Under the pieces are notes generated by a model, which ran no database searches, was not told where the DNA came from, and saw nothing but the letters and a program-made list of their open reading frames with translations. From the IMG/VR virus record IMGVR_UViG_3300012663_000275, positions 1 through 34,112 of that record: DNA of 34,112 nucleotides; one strand, written 5' to 3'. Source of the DNA: a virus (lineage: Duplodnaviria; Caudoviricetes). Made by a program: the position numbers and the translations under genes. Position 1 is the first letter of the stretch, and each line of letters opens with the position of its first letter. Below, piece by piece: positions 6,774-16,374 of the stretch.

Positions 6774-9091
6774 AATTTGCAACTCTCGCAGTCTTCTTCG
6801 TCATCAAAATTAATCGGTGCTAATCCCATTGGCGGAGTTTCTTCAGCAGCCATCTTGCTGCCGGCTTTGTTGATTAAACTGTAGTAGAATGTTTTAATAC
6901 CCCACATGTGAGCCTGCATTAAATTCTTGGCCACTAGAGTTGTAGGAACTTTACGATCCGGAAAGTGTGCTGGATTGTAAAATGTGTTAGTTGAAATACT
7001 TTGATCGATATAGGCAGCAATGACGGCGCTGGTCTTTAAGTAAGGCTCACAGTCTTTCTGTTCCCACATCAACTGATACTTGTTCTTTAATCTATGATAC
7101 TCTGGCACGACCTGTACAAACGATCCAGCTTTGCTTTCTTTAACACTGATCAAGCTCATTGGCATTTCAATACCGTTGGTTGAGTTAATAACAACACTGC
7201 TAGACTCAACTGGAGCAACTGCACCATTTGTGGCATTGCGTACTCCGTGAACTTTCATTTTTGCACGAAGTGTTTCCCAGTCTAGTTCTGGAGTAAAGTC
7301 TGCTAATTCGTTAACACCGGCGGCACGTAGTTCCCAAGGAAACTGCCCTTGCCCATATCGTGTTTGATCGCTGCCTAGACACTTACCGCGCTCTTCGGCA
7401 AGCTCAACGCTCATCTCAGTGAGATAATATGTTTGGTGCTCCATCCATGTCTTAACTTCAGTAAGAGCATCTTTCTCTCCATACTTAAGACTGCGCTTGG
7501 CGTGCCAGTATGCTAGGTTAGTAATGCCAATACCCAGTGGGCGAATCTCATCATTACTTAATTTACTCTGGATACTTAGAAAGTCTTGATAGTCAAGAAT
7601 ATTATTAAGGCTGCGATGCAGTATACGACAAGCACGGCGCATATCCTCAGGATTGCGGAAGGCACCCCAGTTAATGGACCCAAGGGTGCAAAGAGCAATT
7701 CTGCCCTCCGGATCGTCGAGTCTCTTAAATGATTTCGTAGGTAATAAGATCTCACAGCATAAATTTGACTGATATATAGTGTGGTATTCAGGATCAAACG
7801 GTCCTTGTTTCATTACATTGTCAATGAACACAAGATATATTCTGCCTGTATCAGTCCTCTCCTTTAGTATACCACTCTTGAATACTTCTTCAGCTGCCAT
7901 AGTCTTCTTACGAAGGCTTTTTTGTTTTTCATATTTTACATAGAGTTCTTCAAACAAGGCAGTGTTTGAATAGAACGCTTGATACAAATCAGGTACTTCG
8001 TTAGGATCAAAGAATGTTATGTTTTCTTTGTTTTTAAATCGTCTCCAGAAGAAAGCACTAAGCACAACCCCATAATCCATATGACGGACTCGGGTTTCTT
8101 CTGTTCCTTGGTTGTTCTTAAGGACAATAAGATCATCAAACTGATGATGCCAAATAGGATAGAATACAGTAGCACTAGCATTGCGGATACCTCCTTGTGA
8201 ACATGATCGCAAATCTCCAAACCATTTTTTCAGGAATGGTATCATACCTGTGTGCATAATCTCACCACCTCTGATGGGACTGCCCAAGGGACGCAGACGT
8301 CCAATCTCCAAACCAATGCCGGCTCGCTTGCTGGCATACTTGGCCATCATTTCTCCGCTAGCAAAGATACTATCAAGATCGTCATCGCTACGTATAAGGA
8401 CACAGCTACTAAACTGCTTGGTTGGTGTGCCAAGACCAGCAAGAACGGGAGTAGCGAGAGTAAACAAACCGTCACTGGCACAGTTATAATATTCTTTAAT
8501 AAAACGCATCCTTGCGCTATTCGGCTCTTCATTGTGGAATACGGTTGCTGCTGCAACCATATATCTAATCTGGGGAGTTTCATAAGTTTCCTTGGTCGCA
8601 CGATTGCGTACTAGGTACTTCTCAATCAACTGCTCAATGGCAGCATACGAATATTCTTCGTCTTTAGAATGATCGAGCATGTCGTTCATTCGGTTCCAAT
8701 CTTCTTCGGTATACCATTCTAATAGTTCGTTGGTATAAAGACCAGTGTCTATATTTTTCTTAACGATCTCATAGAGGTGGGGAACCTCGTATTCTCCATA
8801 TACATCTTTACGCAGCATAGATAATCGTTGCTTACCTGCTACATATTGATAGTTAGTATGACCTACATCAGGATTGTTTTCTACATCAATTAAATCAACA
8901 ATAGCTCTTAGGGTAATGTTATCAATTTCGTTAGTAGTGATGTTATCATAGAAATGCATCTGGGCTTTGATTTCTATCATCGATTGACTTACATCAGCTA
9001 TACCTTTGCATACTTTTGCTACTTGCGCTTGCCACTTTTCGATCATCAGTGGTTCTTTTTGTCCGTTTCTTTTTATTACTGTAATATTCAT
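6770..9091 (-). CDS. nrdA: Ribonucleotide reductase class Ia alpha subunit with N-terminal ATP cone
   Basis: VIKRNG ATP cone, FSSCVL, SNLCCEI, ALCTL, TFYY, C-terminal CESC. Confidence 0.97.
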   Translation of the reverse strand: MNITVIKRNGQKEPLMIEKWQAQVAKVCKGIADVSQSMIEIKAQMHFYDNITTNEIDNITLRAIVDLIDVENNPDVGHTNYQYVAGKQRLSMLRKDVYGEYEVPHLYEIVKKNIDTGLYTNELLEWYTEEDWNRMNDMLDHSKDEEYSYAAIEQLIEKYLVRNRATKETYETPQIRYMVAAATVFHNEEPNSARMRFIKEYYNCASDGLFTLATPVLAGLGTPTKQFSSCVLIRSDDDLDSIFASGEMMAKYASKRAGIGLEIGRLRPLGSPIRGGEIMHTGMIPFLKKWFGDLRSCSQGGIRNASATVFYPIWHHQFDDLIVLKNNQGTEETRVRHMDYGVVLSAFFWRRFKNKENITFFDPNEVPDLYQAFYSNTALFEELYVKYEKQKSLRKKTMAAEEVFKSGILKERTDTGRIYLVFIDNVMKQGPFDPEYHTIYQSNLCCEILLPTKSFKRLDDPEGRIALCTLGSINWGAFRNPEDMRRACRILHRSLNNILDYQDFLSIQSKLSNDEIRPLGIGITNLAYWHAKRSLKYGEKDALTEVKTWMEHQTYYLTEMSVELAEERGKCLGSDQTRYGQGQFPWELRAAGVNELADFTPELDWETLRAKMKVHGVRNATNGAVAPVESSSVVINSTNGIEMPMSLISVKESKAGSFVQVVPEYHRLKNKYQLMWEQKDCEPYLKTSAVIAAYIDQSISTNTFYNPAHFPDRKVPTTLVAKNLMQAHMWGIKTFYYSLINKAGSKMAAEETPPMGLAPINFDDEEDCESCKL

Positions 9092-9126
9092 GTACGCCTC
9101 GATATTATTCTTTTATGAGTAGATAT

Positions 9127-9552
9127 TTATGGCAGATTTTGTCCGTGCCATATGATGCTGGAGTCAAGATGTTCAATGTCATTTAATTTTATTCTTTTTC
9201 GATATTCGTAATTTAAAACGTCAGTATGCTCTACGACTAGGAAAAACACAGGTTGTTTTTCGTTAGTGGGCATAGACATATGTATCTCACAATGAGCATC
9301 CATAAACCGCTGTGTTAATTTAATAGTATACAGCATTCCTAGGGCAATTGCAAGATCGTCGTATTTGCCATCCAGGATTAATTTCCATGGGTCGGGCCAG
9401 TCTTTGGCATTGTTTGGGTTGAGATAGGAATTGACAAAAGGAGCTAAAGCCCAGAATTCAGCAACGTCTTGTAACGGATCGTTGCTGGTCTCTAGTTGTT
9501 CTCTATATTCCTTCCATGCTTTAATCCTATCAGAGTGATGGGAGTTAAACAC
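9127..9552 (-). CDS. Hypothetical protein, 141 aa
   Basis: Long ORF overlapping the upstream gene; WPDPW motif. Confidence 0.75.
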   Translation of the reverse strand: MFNSHHSDRIKAWKEYREQLETSNDPLQDVAEFWALAPFVNSYLNPNNAKDWPDPWKLILDGKYDDLAIALGMLYTIKLTQRFMDAHCEIHMSMPTNEKQPVFFLVVEHTDVLNYEYRKRIKLNDIEHLDSSIIWHGQNLP

Positions 9553-11083
9553 CGTATGTTACAAAATAAGTTATATTACCAATTAGTCCTGTAGCCAGGG
9601 GATTCTTATACCAAAGTTGAACAGTATCTAGACCAGAGTCACCGTCATTGTCAAGAATGTTTTGTCCAAACTCAAAGTTAGTCATTGCTGTTGCGCCAGC
9701 AGTATAGTTGTAGTCATCAGTGAACGACACTGTTGCTGGCGATTCGCTATTGTCAATGACAATGGCAAGTTTGCCTTTTCTAACATATGTACCTAGCGTC
9801 AATACGTAATCAATGTTAATGTAACGGTGCAAGCAAGAAAATACTGCAAGTGTTCGTTCACCGTCCGACTTAGCGATTCCAGATGTTACATTATTAACAA
9901 TTGAAGTCTTTGAACTTCTAAGAACTTCTGGTGTGCCCGGAGCCAACGCTGTAGTTGATACACCTGCAGCCTGCGGGCGATCAAAATAACAATCAAGTAC
10001 TGTGTTGTTGACGCCTTGGCCAAATTCAACAACAGGAAGGATTGGAGTAGCGGCATCATTAAGACCGTTGGCACACATTAAGAATGTACTGTCTGCAATG
10101 CTCATGCCATAGCCGCTGGTTGCGTGTACTGCTTGATTAAAAATTAATTCAAATCTTGATCCGTTAATTCTCCAACGATTGTCTTGTTCAGAAATACCTT
10201 GTAGATAAATGCCTTTACCGCATAGATAAAATTGACATTCAGTGAATTCGATTTCTGTGCGTAATGCTGTAGAGTAGATTGCACTAATACCAACATTACC
10301 TTTTACAAATTTACATTTAGAAAAATGTACATCAGTTACCTTAGTGCCTTCGATGTCATTGCTCCATGCTATTAAACTAGATGTTGCAGTGTCTCCTAAT
10401 GCGTATGCACCTTCAAAGACAACACTTTCAAATTTAGAATCTTTTAAGCCGGTAAGGTTAATAAATCCTGAAGTAAATTTAAATTTTAAATTTGATACAT
10501 TAATATTTTCAGGACGGTCTGTTGATGTAAAAGAAGTAAAAGCTGTACCGGCCAATGACTTCATGGTAATGTTATTTCCAACAAAGTTTAGCACAGTGTC
10601 AGTATTACTTTCACCGATCATTATAGCATTGGTAGGAATACGAATCGATGTCAAACACAGATAAGTTCCAGTTGGGAAAAACAACGCCTTTCGATAAACA
10701 GGATCTTCGTTTAAGAACAAGTCATCAAGTGCTGCTTGAATTGCTATTGAGTTGTTACTACTTCCGTCACCAGTTGCACCGTAATCTAAAATACTAACAT
10801 ACTCGTCTAGCTTAGATTGTAGACTGCGCGGTACGCTGGCAGTGATACTCGGCTCACCCTGGGCAAAGGTGTATGCTCTAGATAATTCTAATATATTATC
10901 ATACTCAGTGATAACTTTTGTATTACCTACAGCTGGACTTCCTTCAGTAACACTACCGTTACCAATATAAAGTTCTTGAGTATCGACGGCCCAGGCAAAT
11001 TCACCACCGCTTAGTTGCGGAATGCCCGTCTTTAGTTTTTGCCCTTTTCGGACTTGAATTTTTGAGATTTGGACCACTGCCAT
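9545..11083 (-). CDS. Tail/baseplate-associated protein with pectate-lyase-like beta-helix
   Basis: IQVRKG...PQLSGGEFAWAVDTQELYIGNG tail-fibre N-terminal motif; VSILDYGATGDG...AIQAA...FPTGTY glycanase/beta-helix start; late promoter at 11107-11112. Confidence 0.75.
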   Translation of the reverse strand: MAVVQISKIQVRKGQKLKTGIPQLSGGEFAWAVDTQELYIGNGSVTEGSPAVGNTKVITEYDNILELSRAYTFAQGEPSITASVPRSLQSKLDEYVSILDYGATGDGSSNNSIAIQAALDDLFLNEDPVYRKALFFPTGTYLCLTSIRIPTNAIMIGESNTDTVLNFVGNNITMKSLAGTAFTSFTSTDRPENINVSNLKFKFTSGFINLTGLKDSKFESVVFEGAYALGDTATSSLIAWSNDIEGTKVTDVHFSKCKFVKGNVGISAIYSTALRTEIEFTECQFYLCGKGIYLQGISEQDNRWRINGSRFELIFNQAVHATSGYGMSIADSTFLMCANGLNDAATPILPVVEFGQGVNNTVLDCYFDRPQAAGVSTTALAPGTPEVLRSSKTSIVNNVTSGIAKSDGERTLAVFSCLHRYINIDYVLTLGTYVRKGKLAIVIDNSESPATVSFTDDYNYTAGATAMTNFEFGQNILDNDGDSGLDTVQLWYKNPLATGLIGNITYFVTYGV

Positions 11084-11109
11084 AGATATGTTTCCCCGTT
11101 ATAGGGTAT

Positions 11110-11784
11110 TTATCTACTCAAATAGTATTGCTCCACTCGTTTTAACCACATATCGGACCATTTATTCCAAGTATCCGGAGTGACATCAAACTGCTGATAT
11201 TGCAGATCTCTACTGCACATTAAGATATGTGCGTGTTTAATGTCTGTGCCATGCATTTCGTTGTGTGCCATGGCATATGCAACCAGCTGTAGATAGTAGT
11301 CTTCAACCCATTCTTCTTTTTTGGGTTTATTGGTCTGTTTAAAGTCAATGATTGCAGGGTTGCCGTTGAACACTCCTACACCGTCAGTGGTACCAGCATA
11401 TAGCCCAGGATAACATAAGTTAACTTCCGAGCCCCACATTTCGCTGACATTGCTCATGCCCTTTTCAATAATGGTATTTGCCATGTGAAAACTTTGCTGG
11501 TGTACAAGGTTGCTTTTGGCTGCAATTGTTTTGCCTGCAATATAATCTTCAAGGTACTTGTGCATACTTGTACCTACACTAGCAGCTTCTGTGGTAATTT
11601 CCTGTGCGGCTTTTTCGCCTACACGTTTCCGCCAAGCAATCAAAAAGCTTTTGTCTTTGGTGGAGTCTAGAATTGTTGTAACGCTGGGAACTGGTAAACC
11701 GTCTCCTGCGTCATAATGTCGTTTACCATTAATGGTAGTACGTGTTGTTGATGGGTATTGGTATTTTTCAATTAGAAGAGTCAT
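11110..11784 (-). CDS. PD-(D/E)XK exonuclease (MGME1-like)
   Basis: PSVTTIL, GTSMH, E...AGTTD...IIDFK, QLVAY. Confidence 0.85.
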   Translation of the reverse strand: MTLLIEKYQYPSTTRTTINGKRHYDAGDGLPVPSVTTILDSTKDKSFLIAWRKRVGEKAAQEITTEAASVGTSMHKYLEDYIAGKTIAAKSNLVHQQSFHMANTIIEKGMSNVSEMWGSEVNLCYPGLYAGTTDGVGVFNGNPAIIDFKQTNKPKKEEWVEDYYLQLVAYAMAHNEMHGTDIKHAHILMCSRDLQYQQFDVTPDTWNKWSDMWLKRVEQYYLSR

Positions 11785-11789
11785 AAAGT

Positions 11790-11818
11790 ATTATATTATA
11801 ATACTCTATGTATGTCAA
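11790..11818 (-). promoter_or_regulatory. sigma70 consensus promoter (leaderless exonuclease mRNA)
   Basis: TTGACA-17-TATAAT-5 nt-ATG. Confidence 0.8.
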
Positions 11819-12216
11819 GCCGCAGGTACTGGAGGAGTTTGTGATTGTTGTGCTAACTGTGCAGGGGCTGCACTAGCTGCCATTTGATTGACAGCGTTTT
11901 GGCTGTCTTCACCTGGCTCAAGTTCTGGATTGTCGACTTCAACTCCCGGAACGTTTAATTGGATAGTATTAACATTAAAGTCTAAGATCAAGGCCTTCAT
12001 AGGCTCTGGCAACTTGTCATAGATCGATTTGAACACTTCGTAGTCAGCGGCCATTTCATAACCTTGACCACGCATCATTTCAGCAAAGCCCTGCCAATTG
12101 AATTGTGTTTCATCTTTATGAATAGCTGCCGTGCCGATATAATTCTTTAATGCTAGAATGAATTTATCAAGTGGTTGTGCGTCACCCTCTTTTAACTTTA
12201 TTTCGTAGAATCTCAT
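11815..12216 (-). CDS. Hypothetical, probable head-associated protein
   Basis: MRFYEIKLKE leader; ATGA overlap with the upstream gene. Confidence 0.7.
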   Translation of the reverse strand: MRFYEIKLKEGDAQPLDKFILALKNYIGTAAIHKDETQFNWQGFAEMMRGQGYEMAADYEVFKSIYDKLPEPMKALILDFNVNTIQLNVPGVEVDNPELEPGEDSQNAVNQMAASAAPAQLAQQSQTPPVPAA

Positions 12217-12578
12217 CCTAGACTCGATAGTTGTTTTTGCAAATCTGAAATCTCAGCTTGCTTTTGTTTGATAGCATCTTGGACCTGTTTCTTTTGTTCG
12301 TCGTGATCTTTCTTGGCTTGAGCAGCCTGTGCTGGATCCATTCCGCCGCCGGCTAGACCTGCGGCTCCTTGTTGGACACCAGTACCAACTGCCTGTACAC
12401 CCCGTTGAACCCCAGACGCTACTGCACGAGTAGCGGCACTACCAGCTGCCATTACTCCACGACCAACTGCCTGGGCAGCACCTGCGCCAACCCTAGCAAT
12501 CCCTGCGCCAATGGCGCCAATAACTGGAAGTATTTCATCCAGTTGTCGGTCATTTTCTTTTAGGTCTTGGAGTCTCAT
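12213..12578 (-). CDS. Hypothetical Ala/Gly-rich coiled-coil protein, probable internal head protein
   Basis: MRLQDLKE...LDE leader; C-terminal Q/K coiled coil. Confidence 0.7.
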   Translation of the reverse strand: MRLQDLKENDRQLDEILPVIGAIGAGIARVGAGAAQAVGRGVMAAGSAATRAVASGVQRGVQAVGTGVQQGAAGLAGGGMDPAQAAQAKKDHDEQKKQVQDAIKQKQAEISDLQKQLSSLG

Positions 12579-13777
12579 TAGCCTGCCAACACTTTCATTA
12601 AACGGCTTGAACGATCAATGCTTTCGCGTTGCTCACGTCCTGCTGTTTCAGCGCCGCCGATTGCTGGCTCAGCTGCTGCAAAGTCGTCTTCTGGTGCAGC
12701 AAACTCATCTGGAACTTCGCTGTCTGGATTCATTGTGTCGTCTGGTGCAGGCTCCATTTCTGGCTCCATGTCTGGTGCAGGTGCACCTAGCATTTCTTCT
12801 GGTTGTTCTTCGCCTGTTAGACCGCGAACACCCGATGCCATTGTTTCTCTAGTTTGTTTTAATGCATCTAGTGATTGTTGAATAGCCGGAGCAACAGAGC
12901 TTAAGAATGCCTTGGCAGACTCTTGGCCCATTTCGTCACGGATACTATCGCCCAATGTCAGCAATGTATCATTTTCCATGCCCGATAGTTCTTCAATCCA
13001 ACGGCCTACTTTGTCTACCATGCTCTTAGCAGATACAACAGCCGATGCTTTGTTTAATTCGCTTTCGTTAATTCTTGTCATGTTTGATCCTTTAGTTTGT
13101 TTGTTTTCCTGAACAGGCTGTCCTGTTTCAAAATCGTAGCTATCGTAGATACCATAGTCTTCGTCACTGCCATGTCCAGCTGATGCTAAAGCATCTGCAT
13201 CGTCACTGCTGTCGTATGAACCACTTGGTTCATTATCGTCATCCATTAAACCCATGTCTCTTAAGTCATCAGCAAACAACTGGCTAATTTCGCCATCGTC
13301 ATCTGAATCACGTTGGGCTTTACCGCTTAACTGATCATAGTAATAATGATGTAGATCAGTTTCTAGATCGTAGTCTAGGTCGCCACCAGCGGCAAAATCT
13401 TTGACTGCTTGTTGATTATTTGCAATAATTCTTTCTAGATGATCGCGACCTTCGTCAATCGAAACTTCTTCAGTTTCAATACCTTGGAACATGCTAGCAG
13501 GATCGCTTTCTTCCATGGCTACTTCTGTTCTATCGGAAATTTCTTGATTGATAATATCAAGCATCCATTGTGTTTTAACGTGTGCTTCGCTTTCAACGGT
13601 TTCGTTGAAGTTAGCATCGCTTTTCATTGTGTGTTGTTGAGTGCGTAGTCTATTTCTCGCATCTTCTAGTTGTGGCAGCGTAAAACTCTCAAGGTTCATC
13701 TTTTGGCCGTATGTCTTGCCAAAGCTTTCGTTGAGCTTTTTAGCTGTCGGTTTGTTAAACATGTCAATTGTTCGCAT
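12578..13777 (-). CDS. Acidic hypothetical protein, possible prohead core/scaffold
   Basis: 399 aa, very D/E-rich, multiple (L/I)xE sites, late promoter at 13801-13806. Confidence 0.7.
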   Translation of the reverse strand: MRTIDMFNKPTAKKLNESFGKTYGQKMNLESFTLPQLEDARNRLRTQQHTMKSDANFNETVESEAHVKTQWMLDIINQEISDRTEVAMEESDPASMFQGIETEEVSIDEGRDHLERIIANNQQAVKDFAAGGDLDYDLETDLHHYYYDQLSGKAQRDSDDDGEISQLFADDLRDMGLMDDDNEPSGSYDSSDDADALASAGHGSDEDYGIYDSYDFETGQPVQENKQTKGSNMTRINESELNKASAVVSAKSMVDKVGRWIEELSGMENDTLLTLGDSIRDEMGQESAKAFLSSVAPAIQQSLDALKQTRETMASGVRGLTGEEQPEEMLGAPAPDMEPEMEPAPDDTMNPDSEVPDEFAAPEDDFAAAEPAIGGAETAGREQRESIDRSSRLMKVLAG

Positions 13778-13807
13778 AATTAGAATCCAGATTTATCGTA
13801 TATTTAT

Positions 13808-14248
13808 TCAGATGACCAGCAAACCCAAAACATAAGAATGGTGGGTTTTTGCTTTATCTCTAGCTGTGCAATAGCGGGCTAGGTATATATCTGCTTTATC
13901 ATCATCGCCCTTTTTACGGGCACTTTGATACTTAGCTCTTAAAAATTGGCTCTCTTGTAGCCATTTACCATAATCGTGATCTGCACGATATATAGTGTCT
14001 GACCTATGCGTGACTCCGTGTTTAGCTAACAGATTAGCTAACGTAATAGTTACAGCGTTTAGACTTACATCTATATAAATTAATTCGTTGTGTAGATAAA
14101 GATCCTTGACAGCATCTCTAGTTGTAATCAAAACATTGCCTACCAGAATACCCCTGTCTGTTTTAACAGGCATGATTTGGTATTGTTCAAATAACCGCTT
14201 ATGGGTTTTCTCAACAACTTGCTGAAGTTGTGTGTTTACACGAGACAT
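13808..14248 (-). CDS. Hypothetical protein, 146 aa
   Basis: ORF in operon orientation. Confidence 0.75.
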   Translation of the reverse strand: MSRVNTQLQQVVEKTHKRLFEQYQIMPVKTDRGILVGNVLITTRDAVKDLYLHNELIYIDVSLNAVTITLANLLAKHGVTHRSDTIYRADHDYGKWLQESQFLRAKYQSARKKGDDDKADIYLARYCTARDKAKTHHSYVLGLLVI

Positions 14249-14270
14249 AAAAAAAGGACCTATGGTCCTT
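14249..14270 (-). terminator. Intrinsic terminator overlapping a TAAATA promoter
   Basis: AAGGACC-ATA-GGTCCTT-TTTTT on the minus strand; TAAATA at 14270-14275. Confidence 0.65.
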
Positions 14271-14287
14271 ATTTAACTGGGTACTTT

Positions 14288-14641
14288 TTATAGTCCCAGG
14301 AACTTGAGCAGGTATGGTAAATTTATTGTATGTCCACTTAACCATCCAGTGCCTGCGATAAATGCCATCCCAAGCATAGCATAGGTTGTGTATTTGTTTT
14401 TGACTTTTTCTAGATCACCAATCTTAGCTGCAAGTTCTGCATGTTGATGGTTTGATGCCTCGGACATTTCTTTTAGTTTCTCTGCTAGCAAGTCGCGAGT
14501 TTGATCTAGACAGTCGTGCATTTCTTTGACATCTGCTTTGATGTCAGTGAGTTTTTCGTTGATTGCTTCTACTTTGATTTCAACTACAGCTACCCGCTCA
14601 GGTAGTGCAGTTAGTTGTGCTACTGCGTCTTTCGTGGCCAT
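14288..14641 (-). CDS. Coiled-coil protein with C-terminal membrane anchor (holin/XhlA-like architecture)
   Basis: Heptad coiled coil then AMLGMAFIAGTGWL hydrophobic segment; SD AAGGA. Confidence 0.6.
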   Translation of the reverse strand: MATKDAVAQLTALPERVAVVEIKVEAINEKLTDIKADVKEMHDCLDQTRDLLAEKLKEMSEASNHQHAELAAKIGDLEKVKNKYTTYAMLGMAFIAGTGWLSGHTINLPYLLKFLGL

Positions 14642-14757
14642 TTTGGCTATTTTCCTTTTATGTTAAGTCAGGTGCTCGCTCCGAGCCATGTGCCTAAGTG
14701 TTCCGAATTGCCTAATGTATTTGCCTATGCTTTATTTACCATGACCATTGATAATTG

Positions 14758-15150
14758 TTAGTTAATTACTACTGAAGTGTTAATACCTTTGCCTTTGGTT
14801 TTGACTACCGCAGGATATATGTCCACACTGTTATTAAGTTGATCGATGATAGGTACACCGTGTAGATCATCTAATAATAATCCCACAGGATCAGTGCCTG
14901 TTAAAAAAGTATCGTCTCTTTCAGTGTCAAAGGTCCATACCCAGTGATTGGCTTTGCCTTCAAATGGATCTGGTAGTGTTCCAGTATACATCTTAGGATC
15001 TGTTTCCCAACTGATGTTTGAACGTAGGCCAATGGCTTGAAGCAAGGAATTAAAATTAGCCTGCTGACTAAGTTTTAACTTGTCTGTTTCAGAACGAGTC
15101 GGATTGGTTCGAGTAATGTCTACTAAAGTAGTGATCGTGTAGCGTGCCAT
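14758..15150 (-). CDS. Hypothetical late protein, 130 aa
   Basis: ORF preceded by TAAATA at 15161-15166. Confidence 0.75.
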   Translation of the reverse strand: MARYTITTLVDITRTNPTRSETDKLKLSQQANFNSLLQAIGLRSNISWETDPKMYTGTLPDPFEGKANHWVWTFDTERDDTFLTGTDPVGLLLDDLHGVPIIDQLNNSVDIYPAVVKTKGKGINTSVVIN

Positions 15151-15187
15151 AATATGCTACTATTTACGTCTAGAAACAAGAGCCAAC

Positions 15188-15210
15188 AAAAAAGCACCCG
15201 AAGGTGCTTT
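15188..15210 (-). terminator. Intrinsic terminator
   Basis: AAAGCACC-TTCG-GGTGCTTTTTT on the minus strand. Confidence 0.85.
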
Positions 15211-15231
15211 AGTGCTTCCCATCCCGGAGAA

Positions 15232-15594
15232 TTATAGTGCTACTGCTGTAACTGTTGATGATCCTGCTGTGCTTGCGTTGATAGCAGCTTCTAGCTTGCC
15301 ATAACCAGTACCACTGTCAACACCACCTGATGTGCTGTCAGCTGTAGTTACTGTGTCAACTGCGATAATGAACTGGCAGTTACCGCTAGTTGGAGTACCA
15401 ACTGCGTAAATTTCAGCCATTGCTTGAATACCGCGAATTGCTTTGCTTAGGTTGCTGTTAGCGATAGTAGGTGTTGTGTCAATACCTGACAATGCTACGT
15501 TGATGATTTGTACTTGGCGTGTACCAAATTGTGAAAATGGTGATGTTGCTACCAAATAGTTTGCTGCTACTGTTGTTCCGATTAATGAAGGCAT
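15232..15594 (-). CDS. Small Ser/Thr/Ala-rich virion structural protein (decoration-like)
   Basis: Own late promoter (15646-15651), strong SD AGGAGA, own terminator, composition typical of structural proteins. Confidence 0.65.
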   Translation of the reverse strand: MPSLIGTTVAANYLVATSPFSQFGTRQVQIINVALSGIDTTPTIANSNLSKAIRGIQAMAEIYAVGTPTSGNCQFIIAVDTVTTADSTSGGVDSGTGYGKLEAAINASTAGSSTVTAVAL

Positions 15595-15675
15595 GTTAGT
15601 TCTCCTATAGTTGCCATGTTCCCCGGCTCACGGGGCTCATACTTTTATTTAGTTTGGCTAGGAGAAATTAGGTGT

Positions 15676-15945
15676 TTACAGAGGTTTTTTGGTAGTTTTA
15701 CGGTCTTCAGCAATCTTACGAATGCCTCTGGTAAACTTCGCAGGGTCACTGCCGCGGATTGAATTTACTAGGCGGCGCTCTAACTCATCAGCTTCTTCAA
15801 CGCCGTAGTTCTTCTTAATTGACTCAATTAAGTTAATAGCTGAATTGATAATGTTGACTGCGCGGCTTTCGATGACTGCATCAGTATGGCGAACTTCTGC
15901 TATGGAGTTCAGTTCCTGCATTATCGAACGTGTTTTCAATTTCAT
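15676..15945 (-). CDS. Hypothetical protein, 89 aa
   Basis: TAAATA at 15967-15972; SD AGGGA. Confidence 0.75.
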   Translation of the reverse strand: MKLKTRSIMQELNSIAEVRHTDAVIESRAVNIINSAINLIESIKKNYGVEEADELERRLVNSIRGSDPAKFTRGIRKIAEDRKTTKKPL

Positions 15946-16075
15946 ATAATCCCTGTTCAGTAAGTGTATTTAATCAAAGTTACATAAACATAAAAAATTA
16001 TTTTTCTATGTGCAGGTGCAGCATAAATACTCAGTAGAAACCATGAGTTACTACACACATACAGAGGAAATTACA

Positions 16076-16252
16076 ATGAAATTCTTATCAAACAAGATGC
16101 TGGCCATCTTAGAACGTTTATCCGAAATGTTCCCAGGTAGCAGCTATCAATCAAGTCTAGATGCTTATCTAGCAGACAAAGGCATTACCGATGCCGCACA
16201 ATTAGAAAACTACATCCGCCAGTTTAACTATCGAAAGGAGCAATATCTATGA
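16076..16252 (+). CDS. Small protein, DUF3563-like (58 aa)
   Basis: SD GAGGA; DAYLA...DAAQLE resembles the DUF3563 AYLAxxxDxxDLE pattern. Confidence 0.55.
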   Translation: MKFLSNKMLAILERLSEMFPGSSYQSSLDAYLADKGITDAAQLENYIRQFNYRKEQYL

Positions 16253-16374
16253 AATCATTCTTCAAATCATTCTTTGAATTTTGCGAAGCGTTTGGCACAG
16301 CAAGAGCAGCCGCATACCTTGCTCGTCACGGTCGAATCACTGAAGCCAAGGCACTATACGAACCATTAAAATAA
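16249..16374 (+). CDS. Small hypothetical protein, 41 aa (MKSFFKSFFEFCEAFGTARAAAYLARHGRITEAKALYEPLK)
   Basis: Not in ORF track; SD AAGGAG; ATGA overlap with the previous stop. Confidence 0.75.
   Translation: MKSFFKSFFEFCEAFGTARAAAYLARHGRITEAKALYEPLK

Noticed and set aside
3796-9091. Introns or inteins in nrdA/nrdB
   Set aside because: Both ORFs are uninterrupted and of normal length
11110-11784. Cas4 / CRISPR-associated nuclease
   Set aside because: Lacks the four-Cys Fe-S pattern of Cas4; no CRISPR array or cas genes seen
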